A DNA stretch of 64,000 bases from an uncultured Verrucomicrobiae bacterium (GTDB lineage Bacteria > Chlamydiota > Chlamydiia > Chlamydiales > Rhabdochlamydiaceae). The stretch lies in NCBI GenBank assembly GCA_963818965.1, contig CAWFUG010000009.1, forward strand, positions 442,075 through 506,074, written 5' to 3'. This document shows positions 59,008 to 64,000 of the stretch, one piece after another. Below the pieces are notes generated by a model. It worked only from the letters and a program-made list of their open reading frames with translations, made no database searches and had not been told where the DNA came from. The translations under genes were made by a program, and so were the position numbers. Numbering within the stretch: the first letter of the stretch is position 1; each line of letters starts with the position of its first letter.

Positions 59008-60435
59008 TTATCCTTTGATGACCATGTGGGGGCACAGTCTTGCGACCCGATTGGCGAGCTGTGCTCGTTCGACAGCCTCGACCACCCTATCTACGTCTTT
59101 ATAGGCATCGGGCATTTCTTCTGCAACCGTTCTAAACGAGGAGGCAAGGACGATGACTCCCTGGCGTGCCATGACATCTGCGAGATCGTGCCCTTTCCAG
59201 GCAGCGGATGACTGGATCCGGCTGCGCGCTCTTCCCGCGCCGTGGCAGGAGCTCGCCCAAGTCAAAGGATTGCCGAGCCCGACCATGAGGTGGCTGGCAC
59301 GTCCCATGTCTCCGGGGACGAGGACGGGCTGCCCCGTTTTTTGAAAGAGGGGGGAGAGTTCCTCCGCATGAGGACCGAAAGCGCGCGTGGCTCCTTTGCG
59401 GTGGACGCAGAGTCGGCGCGGCTTGCCATCGACGAGATGGGTCTCGAATTTTGCGATATTATGGCAGACGTCGTAGATGAGACGGACGCGTTCGTGGGGG
59501 ATATTCAAGACCTCTTTAAACGCGTTGCGCACCTCGTGCAAAATGTGCTGTCGATTGTTGAATGCGAAATTCGCTGCTGCCGCCATGGCGCCGAAGTAGG
59601 TCTTCCCTGCAGGGCTTGTGATGGGAGCTGCGACGAGTTGCCGGTCGGGGAGGTCTTTGTCGTAGCCCTGTTGGATGAAGTCGTTCAATGTATCCTGACA
59701 CACTTGATGTCCAAAGCCTCTCGATCCTGAGTGGATGAGTAGATATGTAGATCCCGTCTCGACACCCCAGGCTTTTGCGATTTCTGGGAGGAAAATGTGG
59801 CCGACCTCTCCAATCTCTACGAAGTGATTTCCAGAGCCGATCGATCCCAGCTGATCTTTGCCGCGCGCTTTGGCCTGGAGTGAGACAGCATCGGGATCTG
59901 CGTCGGCGATTTGCCCGTTGCTCTCGCTGTGATCGAGATCGGCGAGGAGCCCGAATCCCTTTTCCAAAGACCAGCGCGCTCCCTTGCGTAGGAGTTCTTC
60001 ATAGTCCCTATCGCTCAAACCCCGCATGTTGAGGTGTCCTTTTCCTACCCCTGAGGGGACGTAATCGAAGATTTTTTGCAGCAGCTGTTTACGAATTCCT
60101 TCGCGGATCTTGGCGAAAGGCTCATCGATGAGAGCGAGGCGTACGCCGCAATTGATGTCGTAGCCGACGCCACCGGGGCTGATTACTCCCGTCTCGGCAT
60201 CCATGGCGGCGACGCCGCCAATCGGGAAACCGTAACCCCAGTGGATGTCGGGCATTGCGATGCTATAGCCGACGATACCGGGGAGATAAGCGACATTGCA
60301 GACTTGAGTCAACGGTTTTTCGATGGCGCAGTCTTCTAATAGCTCTTGCGTTGCGATGATTAGCCCCGGGACCCGCATCCCCGCCTTTTTGGGCATGAGG
60401 AAGGTCGCGGGCGCGATCTCTTGTAAATCAAACAT
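59008..60435 (-). CDS. rtcB: RNA-splicing ligase RtcB
   Basis: MPDIHWGYGFPIGG, GYDINCG, GSGNHF, HSGSRG, CHN, HRKGAT, CHGAGR, EEMPDAYKD. Confidence 0.96.
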   Translation of the reverse strand: MFDLQEIAPATFLMPKKAGMRVPGLIIATQELLEDCAIEKPLTQVCNVAYLPGIVGYSIAMPDIHWGYGFPIGGVAAMDAETGVISPGGVGYDINCGVRLALIDEPFAKIREGIRKQLLQKIFDYVPSGVGKGHLNMRGLSDRDYEELLRKGARWSLEKGFGLLADLDHSESNGQIADADPDAVSLQAKARGKDQLGSIGSGNHFVEIGEVGHIFLPEIAKAWGVETGSTYLLIHSGSRGFGHQVCQDTLNDFIQQGYDKDLPDRQLVAAPITSPAGKTYFGAMAAAANFAFNNRQHILHEVRNAFKEVLNIPHERVRLIYDVCHNIAKFETHLVDGKPRRLCVHRKGATRAFGPHAEELSPLFQKTGQPVLVPGDMGRASHLMVGLGNPLTWASSCHGAGRARSRIQSSAAWKGHDLADVMARQGVIVLASSFRTVAEEMPDAYKDVDRVVEAVERAQLANRVARLCPHMVIKG

Positions 60436-61231
60436 CGACGATCATCTCCCAATTGAGTAACTGTCTCTCATCTTCATAGAGCTCGCCATGAAAGCTAACG
60501 GCCTTCAAGGGACAGCCGATTTCAGCGTCGGCGCGCGAGACCATTTCATTTAATGCGATGACGATTTCAATTAAAGAATTTTTTAGGTCTAAATTGAAGT
60601 AAGAGGTAAATGGAGGAAACAAAAAACTGAGCGCCAGTTGTGCATGGAGGTAAACATCCCGCACCGTCTCTCCGCGGATGACAAAGGCGACATCTGCTGT
60701 ATGCTCGATCTCTTCAAACGGATCTAGCAGCGGAAAGGTCCAGAGGGGCTCGTAGTGTAGATTGCCCTTGCTCTCATAGAGAACGATCGCCTCCACAAAA
60801 AAGGGAAGGGGAGAGAACGCAGCTGTCCACGCCTCTTTAGCAAAAGGGCGTCGCGCGATAGAAATGTGGGGAAAAAAAGAGGCGTGATCGAGAGTGTAGC
60901 CGAGTGTTTTTAACCACGCGATGAGTCGCTCGCGGTAATGCATGAGGAGCTCTTCTCCCCGCAACCAACGCACAGTAGAAGCGACGACGCGCGCCGCGTC
61001 TTTCGGCAGAAAGACCAACCCTTCCTGAATACCACTGCAACCGAGAAGCGGTCCCGGTGTCGGAATTTCAAAGAGAGCTTTTTCCAACGCCGTCGCATCG
61101 CAATTGCCCAAAAATGCAAGGGTAATGTGTCTTGTCTTCTCAGGGATCAGTCTTCCTTCAGGGAAATACTCAGGCCAAGCAGATCTGACCTGAGCTCCAA
61201 AAAACAAGCGGCGCTGAGATGGACGCGTCAA
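60428..61231 (-). CDS. Fusion of a 2H phosphoesterase (ThpR/LigT-like) and archease
   Basis: RRLFFG, HITLAFLG, PHISIAR and LYES in the N-terminal ~165 aa; EHTADV...LKAVSFH...MIVDV in the C-terminal ~95 aa. Confidence 0.88.
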   Translation of the reverse strand: MTRPSQRRLFFGAQVRSAWPEYFPEGRLIPEKTRHITLAFLGNCDATALEKALFEIPTPGPLLGCSGIQEGLVFLPKDAARVVASTVRWLRGEELLMHYRERLIAWLKTLGYTLDHASFFPHISIARRPFAKEAWTAAFSPLPFFVEAIVLYESKGNLHYEPLWTFPLLDPFEEIEHTADVAFVIRGETVRDVYLHAQLALSFLFPPFTSYFNLDLKNSLIEIVIALNEMVSRADAEIGCPLKAVSFHGELYEDERQLLNWEMIVDV

Positions 61232-61234
61232 GAT

Positions 61235-61528
61235 TTAGTTCATCTCCCCAGAGTTGCCGTAGTCGCCCTGAGTTGTAGGGGGTACGTTCCTGCGGTTTGG
61301 CGTCGCATTTCTTTGCGAAGAGTTATCGTCACTATCCGTTTGTGGATTAGGGACGAAATCAGGCTCGTTTTCAGGGCTGTCTGATTGTGGATTGGGGACG
61401 AAATCGGGCTCGCTTTCCGGGAGGGCTGCTTGAGTAGAGCTTGGATTTTCTGGAAAGAGAGGTTCTGCCATCAACAACGGCGCGCTGCACAGAGCGAGAA
61501 AGCAAAAGCAAAGGTATTTCATAATCAC
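61235..61528 (-). CDS. Small exported low-complexity protein with a tandem repeat
   Basis: Signal peptide; EPDFVPNPQ twice at a 15-aa period; GAGG RBS. Confidence 0.7.
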   Translation of the reverse strand: MIMKYLCFCFLALCSAPLLMAEPLFPENPSSTQAALPESEPDFVPNPQSDSPENEPDFVPNPQTDSDDNSSQRNATPNRRNVPPTTQGDYGNSGEMN

Positions 61529-61617
61529 TCCTCAAAACGTGTTTATCTAGATCTTTTTAAGTCTTGCAAAATTCGCCAAATTCTGTAAAGTCAAAATTTT
61601 ATGGAGCAGCTGAGCTT

Positions 61618-62676
61618 ATGGCAGAAAATAGAGAAGTCGTGCTCGTCACAGGAGCCAGTGGGCGAATTGGGTTTAAGACGGCAGAGCGGTTTTCTAAAAA
61701 ATACCAGGTAATTGGACTCGATGTGCAGCTCGTCGGGAATCTCCCCAATGTGGAGTTCGTCTGTGCAGACATGGCATCAGACGAGAGTGTGAAAGCGGGG
61801 CTCGCCTACATCAAAAAAGAATATGGGACGCGAATCGTCTCAGTTATCCACCTTGCTGCTTACTATAGTTTTGCGCACAAATTCAGTCACGCCTACGATC
61901 AAATCACCGTCAAGGGGACAGAGCGCCTTTTGAACGAGCTCAAAGCTTTCGAGTGTGAGCAGTTCATCTTTTCTTCGACGATGCTCGTTGAAAAACCGAC
62001 ACGACCAGGTGTCAAGATCACAGAAGACAGCCCCCTCTCAGGCACATGGGGATACCCCCTTTCGAAAATCCAAACAGAAGCGAAGATTCACCAACTGCGG
62101 GGCAATACCCCTTCGGTCAATCTGCGCATTGCGGGAGTCTACGATAATCACTGCCATTCGATCCCTCTCTCGAATCAGATGCAGCGTATCTTCGAAAATC
62201 AGTTGGAGGCCCACGTCTTTGCCGGAGATGTCACGCATGGCGCCTCATTTGTCCACATGGATGATCTGATCGATGCCCTGTGGCTCTGTGTCGAAAAACG
62301 CAAACAATTACCCGAAGAACTCAATCTCTTGATCGGAGAAGATGTGACCCTCAGCTACGATCAGATCCAGAGGCTGATGGCCCGGCTCATCCACAACCGA
62401 GAATGGAAGACGTGGGGAGTCCCCAAACCCATCGCTAAAATTGGCGCCTGGTTCCAGCAGCATTTGCCCTTCATGAAACGCTCCTTCATTCAGCCGTGGA
62501 TGATCGATATCGCTGACGACCATTACGAGCTAGACATCACGCGCGCTAAAACACTGTTGGGGTGGGAGCCTAAGCATCGACTCGATCAAGTCATTCCTCG
62601 GTGGGTCGAAGAGTTAAAAAGAGACCCGATTACTTGGTACGATGAAAACAAACTCCAACGCCCTAGAAAAAAATAG
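61618..62676 (+). CDS. NAD-dependent epimerase/dehydratase family protein
   Basis: VTGASGRIG, HLAAYY, FSST, YPLSK. Confidence 0.9.
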   Translation: MAENREVVLVTGASGRIGFKTAERFSKKYQVIGLDVQLVGNLPNVEFVCADMASDESVKAGLAYIKKEYGTRIVSVIHLAAYYSFAHKFSHAYDQITVKGTERLLNELKAFECEQFIFSSTMLVEKPTRPGVKITEDSPLSGTWGYPLSKIQTEAKIHQLRGNTPSVNLRIAGVYDNHCHSIPLSNQMQRIFENQLEAHVFAGDVTHGASFVHMDDLIDALWLCVEKRKQLPEELNLLIGEDVTLSYDQIQRLMARLIHNREWKTWGVPKPIAKIGAWFQQHLPFMKRSFIQPWMIDIADDHYELDITRAKTLLGWEPKHRLDQVIPRWVEELKRDPITWYDENKLQRPRKK

Positions 62677-62679
62677 CTC

Positions 62680-63930
62680 ATGAAATCACGCACTGCCTAC
62701 TTGATCATCGCTCTAGGAGTTTGGCTCATCGCAGCTCCCTTGACCTTTTCGAGCCGGATCGACGGCTTTGGTTACTCTGATTTGTGCTCTGGACTCTTGC
62801 TCGTGATCTTAGGCGCTCTATCTATTGCCGAGCGGCGCGTTTGGTCGGGATGGGCAGTGGGGATCGTTGGCCTTTGGCTGCAGTTCGCGCCACTGCTCTT
62901 TTGGGCCCCTTCCGCGTGGATGTATCTGAACAATACCTTGATCGGCAGCATCGCCATCGTCCTTTGCTTCCAACTCGCAAAGGAACCTGTTCCAGCGATT
63001 GATGATGAGATGCCCCTCGGTTGGTCGTGCGCTCCCTCGACATGGAATTACCGCATTCCTACTGTGGGTCTGGCTATTTTGTGCTGGTTTTTCTCCCGCT
63101 ACATGGCAGCCTTTCAGCTGGGGTATATCGATCACATTTGGGACCCTTTTTTCAAAAACGGGACTCTCCACGTCATCACTTCCAAAATTTCCAAGGACTT
63201 CCCCGTCTCTGATGCAGGTCTGGGGGCTTTTTCCTATAGTTTAGAATTTTTATTAGGTTGGCAGGGAAGCACGCGTCGTTTTGCCACTATGCCCTGGTTA
63301 GTCCTCTTTTTTGGCTTCCTCGTCATCCCGGTCAGCGTCGTGAGTATTATGCTTATTATTTTACAACCCGTCGCAGTGGGAGCCTGGTGTTCTTGGTGTC
63401 TCGCTACGGCAGCTGTCATGCTCATCATGATCGTTCTGACAGCGGGCGAGCTCGCCGCAGCTCTCGAGCTGATGTACGACGCCAAACGGCGCAAAGACTC
63501 GCTATGGCAAGTCTTTTGGAAAGGGGAAAAAATAGACCCAGCCCTTGTGCAGCACAGAAAAGTTGAAAAGAGAGAGGGACTTGGCATCACCTTCCCGTGG
63601 AATCTCCTCCTGAGCATCCTCATCGGGATTTGGCTGATGGTCAGCCCCTCCCATCTCAATGTCGTAGGTGGCTTAGCGACGAGCGATTACATCTTAGGCC
63701 CTCTCGTCATCGCCTTTTCCGTCATGTCTCTGGCAGAGGTCTTCCGGTCTTTACGCTTCTGCAACCTCCTCTTCGGGTTGGGTCTCCTACTGGCCCCCCT
63801 GTTTACCTCCCACTCTTCAGCAGCGGGAATCGTCAATAATCTGCTCTTCGGAGCCCTGATTATCGCCCTTGCCTGGCGAAAAGGCAAAATTACCCAGCGT
63901 TATGGGTCCTGGGAACGACTTATTTTCTAG
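62680..63930 (+). CDS. Vitamin K epoxide reductase family membrane protein with SPW-like repeats
   Basis: WDPFF, FPVSDAGLG, WCSWC; repeated GxWL..P segments. Confidence 0.82.
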   Translation: MKSRTAYLIIALGVWLIAAPLTFSSRIDGFGYSDLCSGLLLVILGALSIAERRVWSGWAVGIVGLWLQFAPLLFWAPSAWMYLNNTLIGSIAIVLCFQLAKEPVPAIDDEMPLGWSCAPSTWNYRIPTVGLAILCWFFSRYMAAFQLGYIDHIWDPFFKNGTLHVITSKISKDFPVSDAGLGAFSYSLEFLLGWQGSTRRFATMPWLVLFFGFLVIPVSVVSIMLIILQPVAVGAWCSWCLATAAVMLIMIVLTAGELAAALELMYDAKRRKDSLWQVFWKGEKIDPALVQHRKVEKREGLGITFPWNLLLSILIGIWLMVSPSHLNVVGGLATSDYILGPLVIAFSVMSLAEVFRSLRFCNLLFGLGLLLAPLFTSHSSAAGIVNNLLFGALIIALAWRKGKITQRYGSWERLIF

Positions 63931-64000
63931 CCGCACAATAAAAAAAGCCTCTATGGAAACCGAAAATTTTCTCAAAAAGATTTGCGGAAAATTAGGGGGA

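Overview
Chromosomal window of an environmental Chlamydiae-like bacterium. This assignment is inferred from the pyrG-yqgF and ileS-lepB neighbourhoods, the long chlamydial-type LepB and the tmRNA 5' end. Core genes flank a ~38 kb accessory region: mlaFE, yqgF, pyrG, sdaA and PPi-PFK on the left; ssrA, ileS and lepB on the right. The accessory region holds eukaryote-like effector candidates (LRR and F-box proteins), many enzymes with signal-peptide-like N-termini, oxidoreductases, a decayed Gly-rich autotransporter, an IS4 element and at least three MITE/palindrome families. A YopT-like gene remnant and a large LRR gene lie further left, beside the IS110. Two signals stand out. (1) An IS110 element sits inside a palindromic MITE. 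Its non-coding left end has two parallel stem-loops, one carrying the 7-nt target-flank sequence CACAGAG and the other the 7-nt element-end sequence TTAGGAG, which is the layout expected of a bridge-RNA-like guide. (2) A 2H-phosphoesterase (ThpR)-archease fusion gene overlaps rtcB. There is also an integrase-less Fic/RhuM islet at the tmRNA 3' end, bounded by a 22-bp att repeat, and a decayed duplicate of the dus 3' end. All calls come from reading the sequence by eye; no searches or folding programs were run.
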